64,000 bases of DNA from a virus. The position numbers and the translations under genes were made by a program. The DNA is taken from IMG/VR virus record IMGVR_UViG_3300027733_000032; one strand, written 5' to 3'. A model generated the notes under the pieces. That model worked only from the letters and a program-made list of their open reading frames with translations, did no database searches and was not told the DNA's origin. Of this stretch, positions 35,265 to 48,284 are shown one piece after another (the stretch's first letter is position 1; each line of letters begins with the position of its first letter).

Positions 35265-36991
35265 TAGATATCGATTGCTTTTGTGTATGGATAATTACTA
35301 TGGCTCATCTGTGTGTTGGCTGTTCCGACGTTGCGTGCAATGATAATAACACCGCCATCACTTCCAGTCACTCCAGTTCCACCAGCGTTTGCTGTTCCCG
35401 CTGTTCCTGCAGTGCCACCAGCACCACCAGGCCAGTTCGGGTGTGGTGTGGCGGTTGGATTAGATAAAGCATTCGAACCAGTTGCTCCTGCTGCATGGTT
35501 TGCCGCTGGGAATGTGAAGTACCCGGCATTATGGAATGAAGGATGTGGGGTGGCGGTGGAGTTGGAGTTGTAGTGTGGTGCGAATGGCCCAGACGACCAC
35601 GGTGTAGCACTAGCAGGAGTAGTTCCCGCTGGTTGAGTATGATAGCCGGCGTTATGTTGTGTGTTTCCTGCATGATGTCCATGTCCTGCAGTATGGTTTC
35701 CGGCGTGATGTGATGCAGCAGCATGATTGCCGGCGTGATGTCCATGTCCAGAGTTATGATTTCCAGCATGATGAGCAGCCGCGGCGTGATGTGAACCGTG
35801 TCCTGCATTATGGTTTTTGTTTGGGTTTGCAGTGCCATTATGATTACTAAATCCGCGAGGTCCGTTTGCTGGGTGAGGGCCTGAAAGTCCGTGTGCTGCA
35901 GCATGGTGAGCGTTGGGTGTTGCGTTGTGATTTGACCAATAAACGTGTGTATTTGGGTTATGTGCGCTGTGATGGGCGTAGTTTGCTGCGGCGGTGTGTG
36001 ATGCGTTCGGTGTGGCATTGTGGTTTGTGTATGACGTGTGGACATTGGGGTTATGTGCGCCCGTGGCAGCGTTGCTGAATGGGGTGGAACTATATGTCGG
36101 ACCAACGAAAATAGAATCTACGCCATGATTGAAGGTTCCTTGATTATGAGATGCAGCAACCGAAGTTCCTGTGGTATGTCCATATATTGGTGCGCTGCCA
36201 GCAGGATGTGGATGATTTCCTGAAGGATGCCCTCCAGCATTATGGCTCGCAGGGCGCATCGGAGCCGTCGTGCCTGAACTACCAGCAGAACCAGCAGTAG
36301 CAGGGTTCCCTAAAGAGCCTGTAAATCCTCTACTTAAAATTGAGCCAGACCCAGCGACGGTTTTAGCGACAATAACAACTAGTCCACCACCAAGTCCGCC
36401 CGCGCCACCAGTACCTGCAGTGGCCGCATTGCCTGAACCTCCCGAGTTCCCAATACCGCCAGCCTGACCTGCAGTTGCGCCAGGGAAAATGCCCAGAGGA
36501 CCAGCACTGCCAGCGCCACCAGCGCCCGCATTGGTGGCAATCGTTCCAGCACTACCCGCCACTCCAAGTGAACCAGAACCAATTTTCGTTACTGTTCCAG
36601 CCCCAGTAATAAAGAATCCTGTCATTGCATCATCTAAATCATGCAAATCAGTAGAGGTAATTGCACTCGTACTAACTCCCCATGCACTTGTTGGGTTTAA
36701 GGCACTTGGTCGACCAGCAATCGTTCCACTCCCATCAGAAACGTTTGCTGCGGTACCGGTGGGAAATCCTATTGTCCCATTGTTGGTTAAAGTTCCCTGC
36801 ACAAAAACACGGAAACCGTTAGTAAACAGTGTTGCCCCAGAGTTCACCGTCAATGACGAGTAGTACATATCTCTAGTCAGATGCGTGACCGTAGGGCTAG
36901 TGATGGTGACAGCACCATCGACTCCTGTACCAAAAATAGAGTCTCCGCCAGTTTTTTGAACCAATGATTTATTTAGCCGTCTGATTCCCAT
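35264..36991 (-). CDS. Gly-rich tail fibre-like protein with a His/Asn-rich insertion
   Basis: N-terminal FGTGVDG.VT..LTRDMYY..LT..GFRVFV is shared with 36993; about 280 aa insert carrying about 45 His. Confidence 0.8.
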   Translation of the reverse strand: MGIRRLNKSLVQKTGGDSIFGTGVDGAVTITSPTVTHLTRDMYYSSLTVNSGATLFTNGFRVFVQGTLTNNGTIGFPTGTAANVSDGSGTIAGRPSALNPTSAWGVSTSAITSTDLHDLDDAMTGFFITGAGTVTKIGSGSLGVAGSAGTIATNAGAGGAGSAGPLGIFPGATAGQAGGIGNSGGSGNAATAGTGGAGGLGGGLVVIVAKTVAGSGSILSRGFTGSLGNPATAGSAGSSGTTAPMRPASHNAGGHPSGNHPHPAGSAPIYGHTTGTSVAASHNQGTFNHGVDSIFVGPTYSSTPFSNAATGAHNPNVHTSYTNHNATPNASHTAAANYAHHSAHNPNTHVYWSNHNATPNAHHAAAHGLSGPHPANGPRGFSNHNGTANPNKNHNAGHGSHHAAAAHHAGNHNSGHGHHAGNHAAASHHAGNHTAGHGHHAGNTQHNAGYHTQPAGTTPASATPWSSGPFAPHYNSNSTATPHPSFHNAGYFTFPAANHAAGATGSNALSNPTATPHPNWPGGAGGTAGTAGTANAGGTGVTGSDGGVIIIARNVGTANTQMSHSNYPYTKAIDI

Positions 36992-36992
36992 T

Positions 36993-37772
36993 TTACGCTA
37001 CCTGTGAATAAATAGATGTTCCCGCCGTACCACCAGTACCAGCAGTGACATCGGTTGATACACCAGACAGTAAAGTTGCAGCAGATGAAATAATAATAAC
37101 CACCCCACCACCTCCGCCTCCAGCACCAGTAGTTCCAGGCGCTTTGATGGTTGCGGTACCACTAGAAAGGCTGATATATCTTGCAGCGAGAATAACTACT
37201 CCACCGCCTGCCCCAGAAGCACCACCAGCACCACCACGTAGGAATGTTGGCGACGTAGAACTACCAGTAATTGAATATCCGCGAACTGCTTGAAATGGTT
37301 GATAGTAATAATTTGTTCCACCCGTTAGTGCCGTTGGGACTGCAGCGGTCCCAGCACCCACGCCACCCCCACCACCTCCGAGGCTATGTGTAACGCTAGT
37401 GAGTGCGGCTGCGCCTTGCTGAATGGACCCAGCAGTAGTAAAACCTGTTGTGTGACCTATCACAGAATTGTTGCCTAACATCAGAATATTCTGAACGAAA
37501 ATACGATATCCAGCAGGGTTGAGGCGAACGCTGTCCGAAAGTGTGAGATTATAAAAGAATAAATCTCTTGTCGCTGTATAGACGGAAGACGATGGGGCCA
37601 TGCTCAGAATCGTTGTTGTTCCATCTAGGGTTACGGAACCATCTGCACCTGAACCATAAATTTGGTCTGGGGCATCAAGAAAGCCGGTCAAGTTGGCGTT
37701 CGCTTTTGACGTTGTTGATGGTCCAGAGGCGACACTCAGACCACCTCCATTCGTAAAAATGAACTTTCCCAT
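36993..37772 (-). CDS. Gly-rich tail fibre-like protein (paralog of 35264 without the insert)
   Basis: YGSGADGSVT..TRDLFF.NLT..GYRIFV; GGGGGVVII motifs. Confidence 0.75.
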   Translation of the reverse strand: MGKFIFTNGGGLSVASGPSTTSKANANLTGFLDAPDQIYGSGADGSVTLDGTTTILSMAPSSSVYTATRDLFFYNLTLSDSVRLNPAGYRIFVQNILMLGNNSVIGHTTGFTTAGSIQQGAAALTSVTHSLGGGGGGVGAGTAAVPTALTGGTNYYYQPFQAVRGYSITGSSTSPTFLRGGAGGASGAGGGVVILAARYISLSSGTATIKAPGTTGAGGGGGGVVIIISSAATLLSGVSTDVTAGTGGTAGTSIYSQVA

Positions 37773-37773
37773 T

Positions 37774-38142
37774 TTAGTATCCTTCGTATCCGTTTAAGAT
37801 GTAATTGACTGTTACCGCACTGGCTAGTCCACGTATTTTATCCGAATATGTATCTCCGGCGGTATTATTACTATTTGTTAATACCATTGACGTTGCGATT
37901 GTTACTGTTTCGTTTGCTGCAAGCGATAATGAGTTAATGAAAATGTGCGAACTTGCTACGGCAACGTTTTTAGGTTTCAAATAGAGAGTCACCGTTTGCG
38001 CAGAACCAGATGTGTTGCATAACACAATTTCTTTAATGACCGTAGTTGTTGTTTGTCCGCTCGTATATGGAACGGTGTACATATCTCCCGCAGTTATGGC
38101 AAACGCTGCTGGACCCGTAAGTCTTGTTGGTGTTAGTGCCAT
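37774..38142 (-). CDS. Small beta-rich structural protein (paralog of 24926-25276)
   Basis: VIKEIVLCNTSG...LAANETV. Confidence 0.7.
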   Translation of the reverse strand: MALTPTRLTGPAAFAITAGDMYTVPYTSGQTTTTVIKEIVLCNTSGSAQTVTLYLKPKNVAVASSHIFINSLSLAANETVTIATSMVLTNSNNTAGDTYSDKIRGLASAVTVNYILNGYEGY

Positions 38143-38345
38143 TAGATAACCTCCATGCCATATGTTGATTCAGGTCCGCCAAGTGGTGTTGATGATTGCT
38201 TATACTTGGCGTTTGATGCTGAAATTGCTGATGCAGCCTGATTGGCAGCGTCGGTAGTGTCTTGTGCTGTTTCTTCTGCACCAGAAAAATTTGCTGTTGT
38301 TTCGGTTCCAGCAGAACCATCGTATGTGTATTTAACTCGTGGCAT
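38142..38345 (-). CDS. Small hypothetical protein
   Basis: 67 aa, coupled to the downstream gene. Confidence 0.6.
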   Translation of the reverse strand: MPRVKYTYDGSAGTETTANFSGAEETAQDTTDAANQAASAISASNAKYKQSSTPLGGPESTYGMEVI

Positions 38346-38357
38346 TATTGTCTCCTA

Positions 38358-39569
38358 TTAGTTTGTGTATCCGTAAAGTTTCCAAGAACCTGAAATTGTT
38401 GTTGCACTTGCTCCGAGACGAAAGTTAGAGAATTGAATCCCGTTGTAAGAAGTTGAGCCACCATGTATTAAGGTGCCGGTATAGTTGCCAAACGTTGAAG
38501 CGTTATGCGAACTGATGGTGGTATTGTCTGCGATAAATGGTCGACATATCTCCAGAACAACATGACTATCGGCGTTGGCAATTGCACCAACGACTCCGAG
38601 CGTGGTATTCGCACCTACATAGTTATCGGCGGAACCACCATAAGTCAAACCAGTCAGTGCATAGTAATAAGAAGCGCTGGCGGGAGTGCTTCCAGACAGT
38701 AAGTCAACAAGGAATAAGTAAAGACTTGAACTCGCTCCTTGAAGATTAGAAATTACAAGCCTGTAGTTGTCGTAGGTCGCACTAAATACTGATGTCAGGT
38801 TTGCTGTTGTTGCACCAGAGAACGTTCCACTATTCAAAAAGACAAGACCAACGTCGGCAGTTGTTGCGACAGTCCCTGCTTTGTTCGGTAGCGTCAATGT
38901 TCTATCTGCTGTAAGTGTTGTTGGCGTTAAAGTTACTTCATAAGTACTGGTTCCACCTGCACGACCAGCAAGCGCAACACCATCCTGGGTTGCCGCAGTA
39001 CGCACTGTGGCAGTACCGATAACATCTAAAGTTGTTGCTGGGTTAATGGTCCCAATGCCTACACGATTATTACTGGTATCAGTTTTGAAAGTACTTGTAC
39101 CACTAGCAATGGAACCAATAACGGTTAGTGTGCTTAGGTTTCCCACACTAGTAATTGCTGTTTGAGCAGCACCGGTAACAGTTGCTGCCGTGCCTGACGC
39201 ATTTCCTGTTACATTTCCCGTTAATGGACCAGCAAAAGCCGTAGCAGTAACAGTGCCAGAAACATCAAGAGCAGTTGTTGGTGTCGCGGTTCCAACGCCA
39301 ACACGATTGTTAGTTGAATCAACTTTCAAAGTAGTTGTGTCAACGGTTAAGTCACCAGTAACTGCAAGACTTGTCAAAGTGCCAACAGAAGTAATCGTTG
39401 TTGCTGCTGCTGGCAGTCGAGCGTTATCCAAGGTGCCCGAAGTCAATAAACTTGCATTAGTTGCAGAACCTACAGTAGAAGTCCATTTGCCGTCTACGTA
39501 AACCCACGTTTTGTCGCCAACCGTATGGGTATCGTTTGTTGCTGGTGCATTAGGAAAGTCAATAGCCAT
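38358..39569 (-). CDS. Tail fibre protein
   Basis: MAIDFP N-terminal module; NNRVGVGTATP..LDV repeats; LTADRTLTLP; C-terminal YNGIQF..GSWKLYGY. Confidence 0.8.
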   Translation of the reverse strand: MAIDFPNAPATNDTHTVGDKTWVYVDGKWTSTVGSATNASLLTSGTLDNARLPAAATTITSVGTLTSLAVTGDLTVDTTTLKVDSTNNRVGVGTATPTTALDVSGTVTATAFAGPLTGNVTGNASGTAATVTGAAQTAITSVGNLSTLTVIGSIASGTSTFKTDTSNNRVGIGTINPATTLDVIGTATVRTAATQDGVALAGRAGGTSTYEVTLTPTTLTADRTLTLPNKAGTVATTADVGLVFLNSGTFSGATTANLTSVFSATYDNYRLVISNLQGASSSLYLFLVDLLSGSTPASASYYYALTGLTYGGSADNYVGANTTLGVVGAIANADSHVVLEICRPFIADNTTISSHNASTFGNYTGTLIHGGSTSYNGIQFSNFRLGASATTISGSWKLYGYTN

Positions 39570-39572
39570 TAT

Positions 39573-39845
39573 TTATTCTCCTTGCTCCATCCATCTACAG
39601 GTATCTTCATCTAAAATCCACTCACCCTCGGCTGGTTTAATTGGAATAAAAGCATCACGGCTTTCATCGTAGGTGTATCCAATACCAGCATAGTTCTTGC
39701 GGAAGTTGCCGTTGTAACTTGTTTGCACCCAGCGACCACCAAGGGTTTCTACAAACCAATCGTAGCCCTCGTTTGGCATATTGTTGTCTCCAACAAGCAC
39801 ACGGACAACAATATTATTTTCATCTAATTCAGCGAAATGACTCAT
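39573..39845 (-). CDS. Small tail fibre-associated protein
   Basis: MSHFAELDENNIV..V..WVQTSYNGNFRKNYAGIGYTYD..DAF: common companion of Gly-rich fibre genes. Confidence 0.72.
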   Translation of the reverse strand: MSHFAELDENNIVVRVLVGDNNMPNEGYDWFVETLGGRWVQTSYNGNFRKNYAGIGYTYDESRDAFIPIKPAEGEWILDEDTCRWMEQGE

Positions 39846-40665
39846 AGTAGGTACCTCACAATGACTACTCCTGAACCGCCAGCGCCTTGGTATTGTGCGC
39901 CCATACTATTCTGTCCGCCACCTCCACCACCAGTATTTGCTGTTCCAGAAGTAGCGTTAGGATTAGTGGAGTTATTAAAATAACCGCCAGTTCCTCCACC
40001 AGTAGTACCACCCGCGCCAGCAGTACTTGTTATCGGAACAGTACTGTTTCCTGCACCTGCGCCACCCCCACCACCACCAAATGACTTAAACGAGTTCCAA
40101 GTAGACCCGGCACCACCATTAGCCCCATTTTCCGCTGTAGTTGGTGCTGCGCCAACTGCTGATGTTCCACCACCGCCTGAACCACCATATTTATTTAATA
40201 CAGTTGCGCCACCTGCAAAGGTGCTTGAACCACCAGCACCACCACTATTAGGATAGTCGCCCTTATCTCCACCGCCCCCACCTAGGGCTGTTGTGGAACT
40301 AAATGAAGAAGTAATACCTGTATTGCCATTACCGCCATGGTTGGTTGCTGCTCCGCCCCCACCAACAGTTACAACATAAGTTGCTGCAGTAATGTTTGTG
40401 GTAGAAGTTGTAAATCTACCAGCACCTCCTCCACCACCACCTCTTAGATTATCTCCATCATATGGGTCCGAGTCTCCTCCACCGCCTGAACCGCCACCAC
40501 CTACAACAAGAATATCCATACTCTTACTACCAGTAACAACAAAGTTGCCCGAAGCGTTAAAAGTATGATACCGATATCCACCACTATCCGTAGTAGTACC
40601 ACCAGTAGCAGAGAAGGCAGCCTCTCCCTTCATACTTCCAACCAAGCCAGCAAGTACGCCCGTCA

Positions 40666-40666
<1 letters not shown>
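39842..40666 (-). CDS. Glycine-rich domain protein (tail-associated)
   Basis: GYRYHTF.ASG.F, VVGGGGSGG, NTGGGGGG..GGSGVVIVRY. Confidence 0.75.
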
Positions 40667-41841
<1,175 letters not shown>

Positions 41842-41844
41842 TAC

Positions 41845-42095
41845 TCAGTCTCCATTTCTTAATGAGCCGATATGCCACGCTTGCGCTTCAGCGACAAGTT
41901 GCTCAGGGGTAAGTCCGAGAGCGTTAGCACCATTATCTAAAGTCAATACACCTGTGACTACGAGCAAAGTTCCAAGTACACCAACTTGGTCCAATGGTTC
42001 CTGAGGTGGTTCAGGGACTTCGATGTCCTCAATAATATTGTTGTTTATTTTTGTAGGGTCGTATCCGCCTAAACCAAAAGTTACGATACGAGCCA

Positions 42096-42096
<1 letters not shown>
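41845..42096 (-). CDS. Small hypothetical protein (fibre-associated)
   Basis: MARIVTFG...; ATG at 42096 overlaps the upstream TAA. Confidence 0.65.
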
Positions 42097-45089
<2,993 letters not shown>

Positions 45090-45119
45090 TTATGTCCAGC
45101 CCCTCAGGGCATTTATTAC

Positions 45120-46793
45120 TTAGCCTGTCACTACGATTGTGTAGTCACCGAGGGCAATTGTTCCTAGGAGTGTAACACTAACAACGTCTGCGCTGGTACG
45201 GACAATGTCGCCAATAACTGTTGCGCCACTAGATACTTCGTAAATCTGAACAATGACATCTGTTGTGCCAAAAAGATGGCTAACTGTTGTCGTTGAGGTG
45301 CCAGAGATGCTGGCGGCGCAACCTTGCTTAGCAATGCGAGCAAGAGCGGGGGTAGAAGTCGTTGCTGTGCCAGCAGAAGTTGCGGTACCGAGGTTAGTAC
45401 GGGCAGTTGCAGCAGTTGAGGCACCAGTACCACCATCGGCGACAGCAATGTCTGTGCCATTCCAAACACCAGTGGCGATTGTTCCAACGGTTACGATGTC
45501 GTTATCGCCGGTGTATGTTCCACCAGCAACGGCTGCCAAAGTTGAGTTATACGCCTGGACATCTGTTCCAATGACCAAGCCAAGAGTTGAGCGTTGTGCT
45601 GCGGCATCAGCGTCATCAACTAGAGCGCGACCCGCTGCTGTGAAGTCGGCGAGCGCTGCAGCGCCAGAACCAGTGAAGTAGGGGACTTTGTTAGCAGCAG
45701 AAGTCAAACCTGCGATTGCAGCAAGGTCGGCGTCATAAGCCTGAACATCTGTACCAATTGCTAAACCAAGGTTGGTGCGGGCATCTCCAGCAGTTGAAGC
45801 CCCAGTACCACCATCTGCGATTGCAACGTCCGTGCCGTTCCAGACACCTGTCGTAATTGTTCCGAGTGTGGTAATGGTATTTTGACCAACGTAGGTTGAT
45901 GCAATATCAATAGCGTCTGAAGATACGGTGATGCGACCCGCTGTTCCAACGGCGTTAATCGTAGCCCCAGTCTTAGTAAGACCATCGCCAGCAGTGATTG
46001 ACCCAGCGCCAGAGAACTGAGCCCACTCGATTGCGTCCGTACCTACGGTAATGGCTCCGTTGCTTGTTACAACAAAACCGGCGTCAGCGTTGACAGTACC
46101 TTCTTCAACGAATGTGAAGGCACCACCAGATACTTCACCCGTGCCATCAAAGTCTGTTGCGCGAACAGCAGCGCCCGTAGACTGAACTACGTAAATACCG
46201 TTTTCGGAAGCGGTGCTTTGGTTCTTTACAAGGACACGGTTGCCAGTAGCAAGCGTTACTCCGTCAATTGTATCGCCATTTTCTAGGCCAGAAGCGAGAA
46301 GAACGGCAACGGTAGTTGCTGCACGGACCGACTGCTTAACATCCAGGCCTGAACGAGCAGCATCAACGTAGCCCTTGGTAGCAGCATGGGCATCATCCGT
46401 AGGGGTGGCAACCTTTAAATTGCCGTTTGCATCACGTTTTGCCAACTTGGAAGCAGTGGCCGAATCGGTGGCGTCGGTAATAGTATTCCACATTGCGGCA
46501 GGTAGCAAACCAGCACTATCGGTATCGGCGACATTGAGGGTAAGAGTGACGGTGCCGTTGGACTCAGAAACTGTGAGGGCCTCGGCAATTCCTGCGCCGC
46601 CACCAGAAGTAATGCTATGTACTGTCTTTCGCCATGCGCTGTTGGCATACACCATAAGGCTGTATGTCGCAGTATTGAAGTACATCCGGCCTTCAAAGTT
46701 GCCGCTACTTGGGTTGGTGGCCAATGCCTCGAATTTTGCGTTAATCAGTTGATTCTGATTGAGGTCAATATTTGTTAGAAACTTCTGAGCCAT
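45120..46793 (-). CDS. Tail fibre/structural protein
   Basis: MAQKF N-terminus; AATKGYVD..GLDVKQSVRAAT..RVLVKNQ..ENGIY module; duplicated GVWNGTD.A.ADGGTGAST...RTNLG. Confidence 0.8.
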   Translation of the reverse strand: MAQKFLTNIDLNQNQLINAKFEALATNPSSGNFEGRMYFNTATYSLMVYANSAWRKTVHSITSGGGAGIAEALTVSESNGTVTLTLNVADTDSAGLLPAAMWNTITDATDSATASKLAKRDANGNLKVATPTDDAHAATKGYVDAARSGLDVKQSVRAATTVAVLLASGLENGDTIDGVTLATGNRVLVKNQSTASENGIYVVQSTGAAVRATDFDGTGEVSGGAFTFVEEGTVNADAGFVVTSNGAITVGTDAIEWAQFSGAGSITAGDGLTKTGATINAVGTAGRITVSSDAIDIASTYVGQNTITTLGTITTGVWNGTDVAIADGGTGASTAGDARTNLGLAIGTDVQAYDADLAAIAGLTSAANKVPYFTGSGAAALADFTAAGRALVDDADAAAQRSTLGLVIGTDVQAYNSTLAAVAGGTYTGDNDIVTVGTIATGVWNGTDIAVADGGTGASTAATARTNLGTATSAGTATTSTPALARIAKQGCAASISGTSTTTVSHLFGTTDVIVQIYEVSSGATVIGDIVRTSADVVSVTLLGTIALGDYTIVVTG

Positions 46794-46802
46794 GGTGTTT
46801 CC

Positions 46803-47156
46803 TTAGGTTAGGTAAGCAAATCCAGAAAATGCAGCACTGAATAAGATTCGCACTTGAGTACTAGATAGATATTGTATCTCACCGTAGACGACTGTATTGC
46901 TAGAATCAACAACCATTACACTAGGATTACCCCCCAAGGCATGAGTAATGGTCCACGTAGAGGACACCGATGCCTGTGTATGTACGTGTCGCGTAGTTGG
47001 CCCTGGGACAACAGACCCCGTGGCAATAGACCCTGTGGTCACGGTGACGTTATTAACTATTGTCTGTACAGTAACTAAATTTTGGTCTTCTTGATTTACG
47101 GTGACAGTATTCGGAGTATCTTGCTGAATATTAACCGTATTAGGGATACCAGTCAT
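46803..47156 (-). CDS. Small structural protein
   Basis: HVHTQ..SSTWTITHALG..PSV.VVDSS..VYG..Y..FSAAFSG.AYL. Confidence 0.7.
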   Translation of the reverse strand: MTGIPNTVNIQQDTPNTVTVNQEDQNLVTVQTIVNNVTVTTGSIATGSVVPGPTTRHVHTQASVSSTWTITHALGGNPSVMVVDSSNTVVYGEIQYLSSTQVRILFSAAFSGFAYLT

Positions 47157-47677
47157 CGGGTAACCTCAGGGAGAAGCGTGAAGGCACCTTTCAAGAGTTT
47201 TGAGACTTGGCTTGATGAATTTATTATTTCCAGGTCATATACGCCGCTTGTTTCAAGTGCTGCGGTCTGTCCTGCCGTCATATTGATGGTTAGTTGTCCA
47301 CTTGGGGAGTAGGCTGTTCCCGTTCCACTCCCCACTCCAGTGGCTACAAATGATACTCCTACCGTATTACTAGCAGCGCCAATCGCCGTAAATGAAGTAT
47401 TACCTGCAGTCAAAATGACATATCTTGTACCTACAACGAAAGAACCAGCGTTGACCGTTGCTGAAGCGGTATATACGATGCCACTATTCGCTGTCGTGAG
47501 TTCAATCATGACAGTGGCCGACTCAATCGTCCGCCGTATCTGCATTCTGCCGGTAAAACCAGTAAAGTTATACGGAAGCATTGTACTTGCGTCATTGGGG
47601 TCGGGGTATTCCACCGTAATGATACGGCTGAACGTCGAGCCCTGCTCACAAGTTATGTTGTATGTTCCTGCAAGCAT
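47153..47677 (-). CDS. Baseplate/fibre adaptor beta-sandwich protein (BppU-N/LtfC-like)
   Basis: YNITCEQGSTF..GRMQIR..YDLEI..LLKG.F..PEVT. Confidence 0.65.
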   Translation of the reverse strand: MLAGTYNITCEQGSTFSRIITVEYPDPNDASTMLPYNFTGFTGRMQIRRTIESATVMIELTTANSGIVYTASATVNAGSFVVGTRYVILTAGNTSFTAIGAASNTVGVSFVATGVGSGTGTAYSPSGQLTINMTAGQTAALETSGVYDLEIINSSSQVSKLLKGAFTLLPEVTR

Positions 47678-47739
47678 GGGTTATTCTCCTCTGATGCCTA
47701 CAACATTGTAGTTGAGAGAAGTATGTGCTGGTAGGACTA

Positions 47740-47955
47740 TCAGAGGATAGAGCCAGATTCCTTGTTTGAACCGACTTTTTTGAGTCCGAGTGATGCGGCA
47801 ACGATGAGTCCGGCAGCAACAACGCCAGTCTTTAGGCTGTCTGTGTTGGTCAGACCGTCAAAGTTTGCGCCAGCATTGACCCAGGCACCCAGGTACGAGG
47901 CGAGAAAAGCGGTAACTGCACGTTCTACAGTATCTTTAATAAATTTAATTGACAT
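47740..47955 (-). CDS. Holin (r1t-like)
   Basis: FIKDTVERAV.AF..Y...two TM segments and a basic C-terminus. Confidence 0.7.
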   Translation of the reverse strand: MSIKFIKDTVERAVTAFLASYLGAWVNAGANFDGLTNTDSLKTGVVAAGLIVAASLGLKKVGSNKESGSIL

Positions 47956-47976
47956 ATTTTTCTCCTATTTGTTTGT

Positions 47977-48282
47977 TTATAGACCTTCGTTCATCCAAAG
48001 ACTAATGAGTGGTCTTTGGGCTGTGTTTAATTGAGTGGCGACATACGCTTCTGTTGCGATAGTTTTCCAGCCAGTAATATTGGCATCCTCATTAACTTGC
48101 AGATATGCGGTGGCACCGCCCGTAATCGCAGCCACCATACCTTTTCGTACAGTTCCTGACGATAGGCTTGAATTTCGCGAATTAGTGTCACTAAAAGACA
48201 TGACCGTTTGCTTCATGATGTAGTCCATGAAGTCTGCAGCGGTGAGAACATCACCGGAACTAAAAACCTTATATCCAGCCAT
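47977..48282 (-). CDS. Small tail-associated protein
   Basis: YKVFSSGDVLTAADF..Y.MKQTVM.F...RN motif. Confidence 0.68.
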   Translation of the reverse strand: MAGYKVFSSGDVLTAADFMDYIMKQTVMSFSDTNSRNSSLSSGTVRKGMVAAITGGATAYLQVNEDANITGWKTIATEAYVATQLNTAQRPLISLWMNEGL

Positions 48283-48284
48283 TA

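Noticed and set aside
35313-36863. Alternative-frame ORFs across the His-rich gene (35368, 35659, 35866, 36489)
   Set aside because: By-products of low-complexity codons; the 575-aa frame has a clear paralog and coupled ends.
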